From the NCBI GenBank assembly GCA_963801165.1, contig CAWDDT010000002.1:1-30085 (forward strand): a stretch of DNA of 30,085 nt. The letters run 5' to 3'. Position numbers and translations under genes: made by a program. The DNA is from an uncultured bacterium. GTDB lineage: Bacteria; Actinomycetota; Acidimicrobiia; Spongiisociales; UBA5794. The number at the start of each line of letters is the position of its first letter. Positions within the stretch are counted from its first letter, which is position 1. Of the stretch, positions 9,101-16,642 are shown in pieces. The notes beneath the pieces were generated by a model, which was given only the letters and a program-made list of their open reading frames with translations, had not been told where the DNA came from and searched no databases.

Positions 9101-12100
9101 GGCTGTCGTCGCGTTCGATCCCGTATTCCTGACGGATGGCAGCAAACGTCTCTGCCTGTTTGACCGTGTCCACCCCGAGGTCTGCTTCCAGGTCGAGGTC
9201 GAGGTCCAACATGTCGGGTGGGTAGCCGGTCTGCTCAGATACCAACGCCAACACCTGATCCGCCACCGCGTCGCCTTCAGGCTCAACCGGGACGGCAACC
9301 ACCGCTGCTGCTGGAGCGGTCGGCGTCTCCTGGCGGGCTGCGAGGTCGGGTCGTTTTTCGTAGACGAAGGCGATGACGTCGTTCAGGGTGGGGTAGTCAC
9401 GCAACGCCAGGCTGTCGTCGCGTTCGATCCCGTATTCCTGACGGATGGCAGCAAACGTCTCTGCCTGTTTGACCGTGTCCACCCCGAGGTCTGCTTCCAG
9501 GTCGAGGTCGAGGTCCAACATGTCGGGTGGGTAGCCGGTCTGCTCAGATACCAACGCCAACACCTGATCCGCCACCGCGTCGCCTTCAGGCTCAACCGGG
9601 ACGGCAACCACCGCTGCTGCTGGAGCGGTCGGCGTCTCCTGGCGGGCTGCGAGGTCGGGTCGTTTTTCGTAGACGAAGGCGATGACGTCGTTCAGGGTGG
9701 GGTAGTCACGCAACGCCAGGCTGTCGTCGCGTTCGATCCCGTATTCCTGACGGATGGCAGCAAACGTCTCTGCCTGTTTGACCGTGTCCACCCCGAGGTC
9801 TGCTTCCAGGTCGAGGTCGAGGTCCAACATGTCGGGTGGGTAGCCGGTCTGCTCAGATACCAACGCCAACACCTGATCCGCCACCGCGTCGCCTTCAGGC
9901 TCAACCGGGACGGCAACCACCGCTGCTGCTGGAGCGGTCGCGGCTGCCTCAACTTCGTGGGGTCTGCGCGCCACATCGGCGCTGGGCGCCGCTGCTTTCC
10001 CGTAGTCCCGCACCCGCAACGTGCGCTTCACGATCTCGACCTCGGCGGCAGGAAGCCCCGTTGCGGTGCGCAGCCAGTCATGCCAGCGGGCACGATCGAC
10101 CAAACGGGTGTCGTAGCCAAGCGCATCCGGAGCCGGGCGTGCTGCCCCGGCTGGACGGGTGTTCCGATAGAGAGTCAGGCTGATCTGCGAGCCGAAACCG
10201 GCGCCGAGCCGGAGTGCGTATTGGATGGGATAGGAGCCGCCACGGGCGAGGTTGAGAACGCCAAGATCCGGATCGGGTTCCCTGAAGTTGGGTACCGGCG
10301 GGACGATGCCCGTTTCCATGGCCTTGATAGCCAGTACATCCTCGACACCTACCGCCATAGCGTGCCCGGTGTACCCCTTCGTGTTGGAAATGACGATCTG
10401 GTCGGCCGATGAGCCGAATACGAATCGGAGTGCGTCGACCTCTGCCTGAGCGCTCCCTCCCCGTGCCGGTGTATAGGTTTCGTGGGATACGAAAACGGTG
10501 TTGGGAGCAATCTCGTGGCGATCGATGCCCCACCGACGCTCGGCGTCGGAGACCAGGGCTTCCATGGCACGGCAGATGTGCTCGGGATCGAGTCTGCTCC
10601 CATGGAATGCGCTGTTGGCCGTGAAGGTGCTGAGTACCTCGGCGATCGGCTCGAGACCACGGGCGCGCACAGAGTCGCGGTGCTCTACGACAATCGCGGC
10701 AGCGCCCATGCCGAGAATCAACCCGTGACGCCTGCGATCGAAGGGCACCGCGGCGTCCTCGACCAGCTCGTCGGTGGCGGCGGCGCCCATCGTCAAGAAT
10801 CCCGCTCCAATCCACTCGAGAAGCTGATCGCTGGTGACATCATCCCCTGAGATGATCACTACGCGTTCGCACCGTCCCAATCGAATCCAGTCTTCGGCAA
10901 TGGCGACGGCCTGGGTGGTGCTGGCACAGGCCGCGTTGATATGGGTGTTCGGGCCTTTGGCTCCGATGTACTCGGCGAACTGCGCATGGGCAAAAGCAAG
11001 CGCCCGGTACAGGAACTTGCGATCGAATGTGTATCCATTCTCTCCGATCTCGGTCTCGAGCTCAGCAACGCGACGCTGCATCGCAGCGGCGAGGCCCGAG
11101 GAGGCACCGCCGTCGGCGATCCCGGCGGTCAATGCCTTCAGCTCGGCGAGACGTTCTTCGACGGCATGGGCGGTGTAGTAGCGATCGGTCTCTTCCACCC
11201 ACGCATTGGAGCCGGGGAAGGCCGAGGCGAAGATCACGCCGGTCGTGGCTTGGTACGGCTCGGGGAGCATCCAACGCTCAGCGAGCTTCGCTCCGGTGGT
11301 TGTGTCCTTGTAGTGCATGACCAACGGGATACCGGCGTCGCGCAATGCATCGAGCCCTGCCCCGATGGCCAGCTCGCTGGAGCGATCAAGTGTTCCCGCA
11401 CGTTCCTGGGGGAAGCCAAACTCGGCGACAAGGTCGATGGTGCCACCCCGGCCTGCGAGCTTGATCACCTCCGACTCGCTCTCGATAGTCTCGAAGTGGC
11501 CACCGCCTGATTCCGATTTAACAAGACGGGTTATGTGCTTGGCCGCGATCTTCTGCCGCTGCTCATTCGGGATCGAACTGATGAACACCTTGCCCCGCAG
11601 CAAGTCGGGGATCTTGTCATCGCCAAATACCCGGTCGCCGCCGGGTAGCCCGAGCCCGGCACCGGTGACCACCACCGGTTCGTCGATGGGGAGGTCGGTT
11701 CCGGGGGCAGGTCGCGCTGGAGCCGGCCGCTGCTGGCCCCCGAAGATGGCTGCCCCTTTCTCTAGAAAATCTGCAAATAGGTGACCGAGTTCCACGTACA
11801 CATCACCGTCGCCCTGAGCCGACACTGCTGGCTGCGCCCCGGCAGCGGTCCGAGGAGGTGCCGGCCGATGCTCGCGCACGGGCCGGGGGGCGCTCCTTGT
11901 TGGCTCCGGGGTCACACCCTCCGAACGTCGTCCCACCCCGAGACCGGCCGCGTACAGCCCACACAGGCCCTGGTTGAACGAGACGTTGTCGCCTAGCTTT
12001 GGGTGATTGGTGAAGAGAGTCACGACCTCGTCATCGGCGCCGAGCACATCGTCGGCCAATCCCTGGAGGGCCTTCTTCGGACCGACCTCGACAAACACCC

Positions 12101-14729
12101 GGCAGCCTGCTTCGTGGAGAGTATGCAGACCACTGACGAACTGAACCGGCGAAGCGATCTGCCTGCCGAGAATGTCGATCATCCTCGGGACCACGTTTGG
12201 TCCCATCGGGTAAAACTCACCGTCGACGTTGGCGACGATCGGAATCGCGGGCGACTCGAGTCGAAGCCTATCCAACAGGTCTCTCAATGGGATGGCAGCC
12301 GGCGCAACTATCTCGGTGTGAAAGGCATGGCTGACCGGCAGCGGGATGACTTGTGCGCCCGCCTGTGCCAACCGATTGGCCGCCTCGGTCACACCTGCAG
12401 TTGAACCACCAATTACCGCTTGCTTCGTGCTGTTGTAGTTGGCGACGACGACGTAGTCGTCCACCTCCTCTGTGACACGCACAATGTCGTCGAGAGGGGC
12501 GAACACTGCAGCCATCCGTCCCTTGTCCTCGACTTCGACCGACGCCATCTCCCTGCCTCGTCCGGCGACCGCCTCTAGGGCATCCTCGAAGGGGAGGGCG
12601 CCGGCCGCAACCAGGGCACCGTATTCACCGAGGCTATGGCCCATGACCATGTCCGGATAGATGCCATATGCTGCCAGTAGATTGGTGAGGGCATCGTCGA
12701 CGGCGAGTACCGCAGGCTGTGTGATCTCCGTCTGCCGCAGCTCCTGGTCGGCGGCTTGCATCGCCGCCTGATCGTCGGGATCGGCAAATATGTAGGCGCT
12801 CAGCGGCTTGCCAAGCACCGGCTCCATGATCCTGTCGGCTTTCTCGAACGCACTGGCGACGATCGGTTCCGACTTGCGCAAGCCATCGAGCATGTTTACG
12901 TATTGCGATCCCTGGCCGGTGTAGAGAAATGCCACCATGCCCGGGGTACCGGTGCCCCGGAACACTCCCTGGTTGCGTAGGGCTTTCCACATGGGCGGGC
13001 TGTCGGCATCGATAGCCTTGATGGCCTTTTCGGCCCGGGCGGCGAGATCAACAGCATCGCCGTAGTCGATCGCAACCCGAGCCGCGGCGCGTAGGTCCGC
13101 CTCCAGGGGTGGCTCCGGGGGCGGTGCCGCGCCGTCGACAGCGGCTTCAGCAATCACCTCGAGACGGTGCCGGACTTGTTCCATAGTCGCGGCTCCCACA
13201 ACGAGAGCGCCCCGCAGCGGTGCCTTCAGCTCTACATCGTTCACATCAGATGTGGGACGCGGGGCTACAACGACGTGCGAGGAAGATCGATCTCCGACCC
13301 GGAGCCGGCCGGGAACGTACTCCTCCAACACAATGTGGAAGTTCGTACCGCCAAAGCCAAACGCGCTGACTGCCGCAGTCCGAACCTGACCCGGCTCGGT
13401 CTTCCACTCGCGCAGTTCCTTGTTGATGAAGAGCGGCGAGCGCGAGAAATCGATGCTGGGGTTGGGCCGGGTACCGCCAAGACTCGGCGCAAGCAGCTTC
13501 TCATCGAGCGACATCACAGCTTTGAGCATTCCGGCAGCTCCGGCGGCACTCTTCAGGTGCCCTATGTTGGACTTCACCGAACCGAGGGCGACAGATCCGG
13601 GCCGCAGGTCGAGATCGGCAAACACTCGCGACAGGCTCTCGACTTCGACCACGTCGCCGACTCGTGTCGAGGTGCCGTGGCCTTCCACATACGTGGCCGA
13701 GCTAGGCACGAGGTTGGCGTTGCGCCAGGCGCGGGAGATGGCGAACTCCTGACCAATCGGGTTGGGCGCGGTGATTCCCTTGCCACGACCGTCGCTCGAT
13801 CCACCGAGTCCGCGGACCACGGCGTAAACGTGGTCGCCATCACGCTCCGCGTCTGCGAGCCGCTTCAGCAGGAGCACTGCGGCACCCTCACCCATTACGA
13901 ACCCATCCGCACCGTCGTGGTACGGCCGCGTGCCCGTTGCCGAAAGTGCGCCGATTTTGCAGAACTTGATGAAGCTGGGGACGCCCATATTGGCGTCGAT
14001 GCCGCCGGTCAGCACCGCGTCGTAATCACCGCGCTCCAGGCCTCCGATCGCGGCGCTGATGGCGGCAAGCGCCGAGGCGCATGCCGCGTCGACGATGAAG
14101 TTTGGACCATGGAAGTTGTATAGATTCGCCACCCGACCCGCGATGATGTTGCTCAGCTCACCCGGCATTGTGTCTTCGGTGATACTCGGGAATCTGTCTC
14201 GCACACCTCCCAGCAGCTCAGTCAGGATCGATTCCCGCACGGCAGCGTCCAGCGCCGCAAAGGTGGGCGCGTTGCTCAGCTCTTCGGCATACTCCGGGTA
14301 GTAGGCACGGAGGGCGGTCAGATAGTGCATCTCGCCTGCCATGGCATTTCCGAGCACAACTGCCGTGCGGTCGGGATCTAGCGGTCGATCGGGATAGCCG
14401 TAGTCGAGGAGCGCTTCGCGGGATGCAGTAATCGACCACTTCTGCGTCGGGTCCATCGCATCGCTGACCTTGGGAGGTATCGGCATCCGCCACTCGAGTG
14501 GGGAGAAGTCGACATCTTGGACCCACCCGCCAATGATCGAATACGTCTTGTCGGGGGCCTTGGGGTCGGCGTCGTAGTAGAGATTCGGGTCCCAACGGCC
14601 GGCAGGCACGTCGCTGATCGAGTACCTTCCCGATTTCAGGTTCTCCCAGTAGGTAGCGGCGTTGGGTGCGTCCGGTAATACCGCGCCCACTCCAACTACT
14701 GCGACTGCTCTCTCGACCTGTTCCGGCAT
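6126..14729 (-). CDS. Iterative type I PKS/FAS, Pfa-like: KS-AT-KS-ACP x4-KR-DH, 2867 aa
   Basis: KS1 DAACAS/EGHGTST/KSNIGH. AT GQGSQY/GHSLG/HAFH (malonyl-type fingerprint). KS2 NAACAS/SHETYT/TKGYTGH. Four DLEADLGVDTVKQ carrier repeats. KR TGAAGSI...FSSVAG...DYSAAN. DH HQIDGTPVLP. GGGGAG RBS upstream of ATG 14729. No ER or TE motif recognised. Confidence 0.93.
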   Translation of the reverse strand: MPEQVERAVAVVGVGAVLPDAPNAATYWENLKSGRYSISDVPAGRWDPNLYYDADPKAPDKTYSIIGGWVQDVDFSPLEWRMPIPPKVSDAMDPTQKWSITASREALLDYGYPDRPLDPDRTAVVLGNAMAGEMHYLTALRAYYPEYAEELSNAPTFAALDAAVRESILTELLGGVRDRFPSITEDTMPGELSNIIAGRVANLYNFHGPNFIVDAACASALAAISAAIGGLERGDYDAVLTGGIDANMGVPSFIKFCKIGALSATGTRPYHDGADGFVMGEGAAVLLLKRLADAERDGDHVYAVVRGLGGSSDGRGKGITAPNPIGQEFAISRAWRNANLVPSSATYVEGHGTSTRVGDVVEVESLSRVFADLDLRPGSVALGSVKSNIGHLKSAAGAAGMLKAVMSLDEKLLAPSLGGTRPNPSIDFSRSPLFINKELREWKTEPGQVRTAAVSAFGFGGTNFHIVLEEYVPGRLRVGDRSSSHVVVAPRPTSDVNDVELKAPLRGALVVGAATMEQVRHRLEVIAEAAVDGAAPPPEPPLEADLRAAARVAIDYGDAVDLAARAEKAIKAIDADSPPMWKALRNQGVFRGTGTPGMVAFLYTGQGSQYVNMLDGLRKSEPIVASAFEKADRIMEPVLGKPLSAYIFADPDDQAAMQAADQELRQTEITQPAVLAVDDALTNLLAAYGIYPDMVMGHSLGEYGALVAAGALPFEDALEAVAGRGREMASVEVEDKGRMAAVFAPLDDIVRVTEEVDDYVVVANYNSTKQAVIGGSTAGVTEAANRLAQAGAQVIPLPVSHAFHTEIVAPAAIPLRDLLDRLRLESPAIPIVANVDGEFYPMGPNVVPRMIDILGRQIASPVQFVSGLHTLHEAGCRVFVEVGPKKALQGLADDVLGADDEVVTLFTNHPKLGDNVSFNQGLCGLYAAGLGVGRRSEGVTPEPTRSAPRPVREHRPAPPRTAAGAQPAVSAQGDGDVYVELGHLFADFLEKGAAIFGGQQRPAPARPAPGTDLPIDEPVVVTGAGLGLPGGDRVFGDDKIPDLLRGKVFISSIPNEQRQKIAAKHITRLVKSESGGGHFETIESESEVIKLAGRGGTIDLVAEFGFPQERAGTLDRSSELAIGAGLDALRDAGIPLVMHYKDTTTGAKLAERWMLPEPYQATTGVIFASAFPGSNAWVEETDRYYTAHAVEERLAELKALTAGIADGGASSGLAAAMQRRVAELETEIGENGYTFDRKFLYRALAFAHAQFAEYIGAKGPNTHINAACASTTQAVAIAEDWIRLGRCERVVIISGDDVTSDQLLEWIGAGFLTMGAAATDELVEDAAVPFDRRRHGLILGMGAAAIVVEHRDSVRARGLEPIAEVLSTFTANSAFHGSRLDPEHICRAMEALVSDAERRWGIDRHEIAPNTVFVSHETYTPARGGSAQAEVDALRFVFGSSADQIVISNTKGYTGHAMAVGVEDVLAIKAMETGIVPPVPNFREPDPDLGVLNLARGGSYPIQYALRLGAGFGSQISLTLYRNTRPAGAARPAPDALGYDTRLVDRARWHDWLRTATGLPAAEVEIVKRTLRVRDYGKAAAPSADVARRPHEVEAAATAPAAAVVAVPVEPEGDAVADQVLALVSEQTGYPPDMLDLDLDLEADLGVDTVKQAETFAAIRQEYGIERDDSLALRDYPTLNDVIAFVYEKRPDLAARQETPTAPAAAVVAVPVEPEGDAVADQVLALVSEQTGYPPDMLDLDLDLEADLGVDTVKQAETFAAIRQEYGIERDDSLALRDYPTLNDVIAFVYEKRPDLAARQETPTAPAAAVVAVPVEPEGDAVADQVLALVSEQTGYPPDMLDLDLDLEADLGVDTVKQAETFAAIRQEYGIERDDSLALRDYPTLNDVIAFVYEKRPDLAARQETPTAPAAAVVAVPVEPEGDAVADQVLALVSEQTGYPPDMLDLDLDLEADLGVDTVKQAETFAAIRQEYGIERDDSLALRDYPTLNDVIAFVYEKRPDLAGGVATASTPKGVESPDPIGLPVGLLEGDDEAAANIPRRIPTPFLRPAAEHCVPSGVTLDNNSRVVVMLDEGGVGKALLKRLAKLGVTVLAIDDSPDAEELRSRLDGFSSDGEITGVYWLAALDSELPIAELDLAGWRESLRRRVKLLYETMRHLYDVVGAEGTFLVSATRLGGFHGYGAEGATAPMGGAVTGFTKAYKREKSEALVKTVDFSASRRTAALADALIEETLVDPGAVEIGRNEGRRWTIGLTEQDLPTEPAVIELGADSVFVVTGAAGSIVSAITADLAKASGGTFHLLDLTPEPDRADPDIAAFSVDRDGLKRTIFDRLKTAGEKATPAIVERQLAGIERRHAALSTIKAVEGFGGTAAYHSVDLRDGDAVGAVMEQIRHDHQKVDVLLHAGGLEISRLLPDKDRKEYDLVFDVKADGWFNLVKGLGDTPIRSAVVFSSVAGRFGNNGQSDYSAANDLLCKFAASLRSDEARTLGLAIDWTAWGDIGMATRGSIPTVMKAAGIDMLPAVAGIPIVRREITSRAHGGEMVVGKRLGVLTDEFHPSGGLDTESLGGGAIGSVMLGEVESFGIYSGLRATVRLDPSEQPFLFDHQIDGTPVLPGVMGIEAFAAAARAGFPQLTVTAIEDINFLVPFKFYRGEPRVLTVEVVYTADDDGIVGIGQLIGVRTLANQGEPQRTVHFTARIRLGDDKPRLKPATVPTRPDGTVGPRDIYAIYFHGPTYQVVDGAWRDGDMVVGAMAHNLPHNHVPDDRPLVTTPRLTELAFQTAGIWEIGTAGTMALPSHIDRVVYAGDVTKAKGNLCAVVHPADGGVFDAVVADEKGSALVAMSGYTTVQLPAPIDSDLAAPLRDAMTRKE
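8722..9940. repeat. Tandem 309-bp repeat, about 3.9 copies, encoding four ACP-like domains plus Ala/Pro linkers
   Basis: Units start at 8722, 9031, 9340 and 9649. I see no differences between copies. The alternative-frame ORFs at 8765, 9074 and 9383 translate identically, which supports identity at synonymous sites. Confidence 0.95.
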
Positions 14730-14774
14730 ATGGCGGTACTCCCCTGATCTACTCGTGTGTGATGTGGCTCTGGT

Positions 14775-16430
14775 CTAACTCCGGTTGTAGAGCGCGTCCG
14801 CAATCGCATCCATGTCGGAGATCAGACCCGACTGGGCGTCCCTGATAGCCTCGAGCCCTACGGCTGCCCCGAACCGGGCTGTGTCGATGACTCCTGGTTC
14901 GGCGGCACCGAGCACCCATCGGGTGCCGTCGAGCGCCACCCTGGCGGCAGCTTCCCGGGCGAACACGCGAGACATTGTCGCCAGTGTCTCGGCGCTGAAA
15001 CGACCGTCGGTTTTCTTAGGCAGATCATCCGATTGCGCGGCGGCGGCCCGCCGCGCCATAGCTCCGGCACACTCAACGTATGCCACCAGTTCGCCCAGGC
15101 GGAACAGCACATGCTGGTTGCGGGTGAGACGGTGGGCTCTGGCACCCTCCATCACCTCAGCCAACCCGTGGGCGGCGAGAGCGGCGACATCCGCTCCGCA
15201 GCGTCGGGCGGTTGTTGCCAACTGCTCGAGACCGGCACCCTGATCGTGGAAGAAGGCGCCGCGACTCTTGAGGTGCTCCTGCCAGCGATCTCGCGCCATT
15301 GTCATCTCGAGGACCTCGGAAGTGCCTTCGTAGATCGTCGTGATCCGGACATCCCGCTTGATCTTTTCGACCATGTACTCCTTGGTGTACCCGTATCCGC
15401 CAAGAGCCTGGATTGCGTCTTCGGCGGCCTTATTGCCTGCTTCGCTGCCCATGTACTTGGCGATGGCACCTTCGGTGTTCAGACGACCTTCCCCCCGGTC
15501 CAGCCGCAGTGCAGTTTCCTCGATGTAAGCGCGGGCAGCCTCGAGCCTCACCACGTTGGGCACTATGAGCTTGTGGGTGTAGCCCTGCTTCTCGGAAAGG
15601 GGTGCACCTCCCTGGATCCGCCCTACCGAGTATGGGATGGCACGGTCCATCGCCGCCCAGCCGGCGCCGAGACCGAAGGCTGCCACCATCAAGCGGGTGT
15701 AGCCGAAGACTTCTTGCGCCTGCGTCAGTCCGAGCCCCTCGGCGTCACCGACCAGACGATCGGCGCCGACTTTCACATCCTGAAGAGACAGGGCGGCGGT
15801 GTTGCTCGCTCTGATGCCGTGCTTGTTCTCGGGCTTGCCGTGTTCGAAACCTTCGGTATCTCGCTCGACGATGAACCAGGTGGGCCCGTCGGGTGCCAGT
15901 GCCAGGATGGTGTAGACGTCGGCGTAGCCACCGTTGGAGATCCACTGCTTGTTGCCGTTGATCACGTATCCCGTGACCTCTTCTCCATCCATGACGCGCT
16001 TAGCCGTTGTTCGCAAGGCAGCGAGGTCGCTGCCGGCTTCCGGTTCCGTTGCTCCGTAGGCCATCAGGAGACCTTGTTCGCCGATGAGGCTCATCCAGTG
16101 GGCCTTCTGCCCTTCGGTTCCCCCAAAAACGATCGGATCGCTTCCGAGGAAGGTGGCGAAGACGCTGGTGGCAACGCCGAGGTCAATCCGCGCCAGTTGC
16201 TCGCAGATTCGATACACATCGAAGGACGATGCGCCCAATCCCCCATACTCCTCCGGAATGAAGAGCAGACTCACGCCGAGGTCCGCAAGCATGGTGCGGA
16301 CGATTTCTTCGGGGAACTCATCCCGAGCGTCGAGTTCGATCAGGGACGAGTCCGGGAGTTGATCGTTTGCGAATTCCCTGAGCGTCTTGAGCACTAGGTC
16401 GAAAGTGTCGCGATCTAGCCCCGTGTCCAT
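14775..16430 (-). CDS. Acyl-CoA dehydrogenase with about 170-aa C-terminal extension
   Basis: ATEPEAGSD, GNKQWISNG, KHGIRAS, LGGYGYTKEY and IYEGTSEV. Start placed at ATG 16430 behind GGAGGGAG. Ends 45 bp before the PKS start. Confidence 0.92.
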   Translation of the reverse strand: MDTGLDRDTFDLVLKTLREFANDQLPDSSLIELDARDEFPEEIVRTMLADLGVSLLFIPEEYGGLGASSFDVYRICEQLARIDLGVATSVFATFLGSDPIVFGGTEGQKAHWMSLIGEQGLLMAYGATEPEAGSDLAALRTTAKRVMDGEEVTGYVINGNKQWISNGGYADVYTILALAPDGPTWFIVERDTEGFEHGKPENKHGIRASNTAALSLQDVKVGADRLVGDAEGLGLTQAQEVFGYTRLMVAAFGLGAGWAAMDRAIPYSVGRIQGGAPLSEKQGYTHKLIVPNVVRLEAARAYIEETALRLDRGEGRLNTEGAIAKYMGSEAGNKAAEDAIQALGGYGYTKEYMVEKIKRDVRITTIYEGTSEVLEMTMARDRWQEHLKSRGAFFHDQGAGLEQLATTARRCGADVAALAAHGLAEVMEGARAHRLTRNQHVLFRLGELVAYVECAGAMARRAAAAQSDDLPKKTDGRFSAETLATMSRVFAREAAARVALDGTRWVLGAAEPGVIDTARFGAAVGLEAIRDAQSGLISDMDAIADALYNRS

Positions 16431-16475
16431 GTGCTCTCCCTCCACAGCCGCGTAGGCAGATGGTCGTGTGTGTCA

Positions 16476-16488
16476 AACGTAATACGTT
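16476..16488. promoter_or_regulatory. Short palindrome in the divergent intergenic region, possible operator
   Basis: AACGTA-A-TACGTT, adjacent to a minus-strand TTGACA (16471-16476). An AT-rich patch in GC-rich DNA. Confidence 0.3.
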
Positions 16489-16642
16489 GAGGCGTCCTTG
16501 GCGAAGGAACTTGCGATACCACTCAGCCGAGGCGAGCTGCCGGCGCTACCAGTCGACTTCGCCGACTGTTACTCTGGACAGTAGGGCTTCAGGACGAATA
16601 CGATCGACCTCCTCCCTCTCGCACCCCCTCCGCAGGAACAAG

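Noticed and set aside
8722-9940. CRISPR array or mobile repeat
   Set aside because: The 309-bp units are in-frame, have no spacers and encode ACP domains.
6126-14729. Canonical pfaA PUFA synthase, Pks13 or FAS-I
   Set aside because: Domain order differs. There is no PfaB or PfaC, no TE or FadD32, and no integrated ER/MPT, so no gene symbol was assigned.
15033-16397. Long antisense ORFs (454 aa here; also 3598-4512, 13167-14123, 19509-20543, 22373-23365, 27934-28917, 28978-29877)
   Set aside because: They are shadow frames over well-supported genes, expected in high-GC DNA, and show no family motifs.
16460-16642. N-terminal extension of the flavoprotein ORF (similar over-extensions at 22293, 23155, 28059, 28625, 28454, 28924, 29333)
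   Set aside because: The extensions are low-complexity and Arg/Ser-rich. Downstream starts have an RBS, a promoter or a coupled stop, and match where family homology begins.
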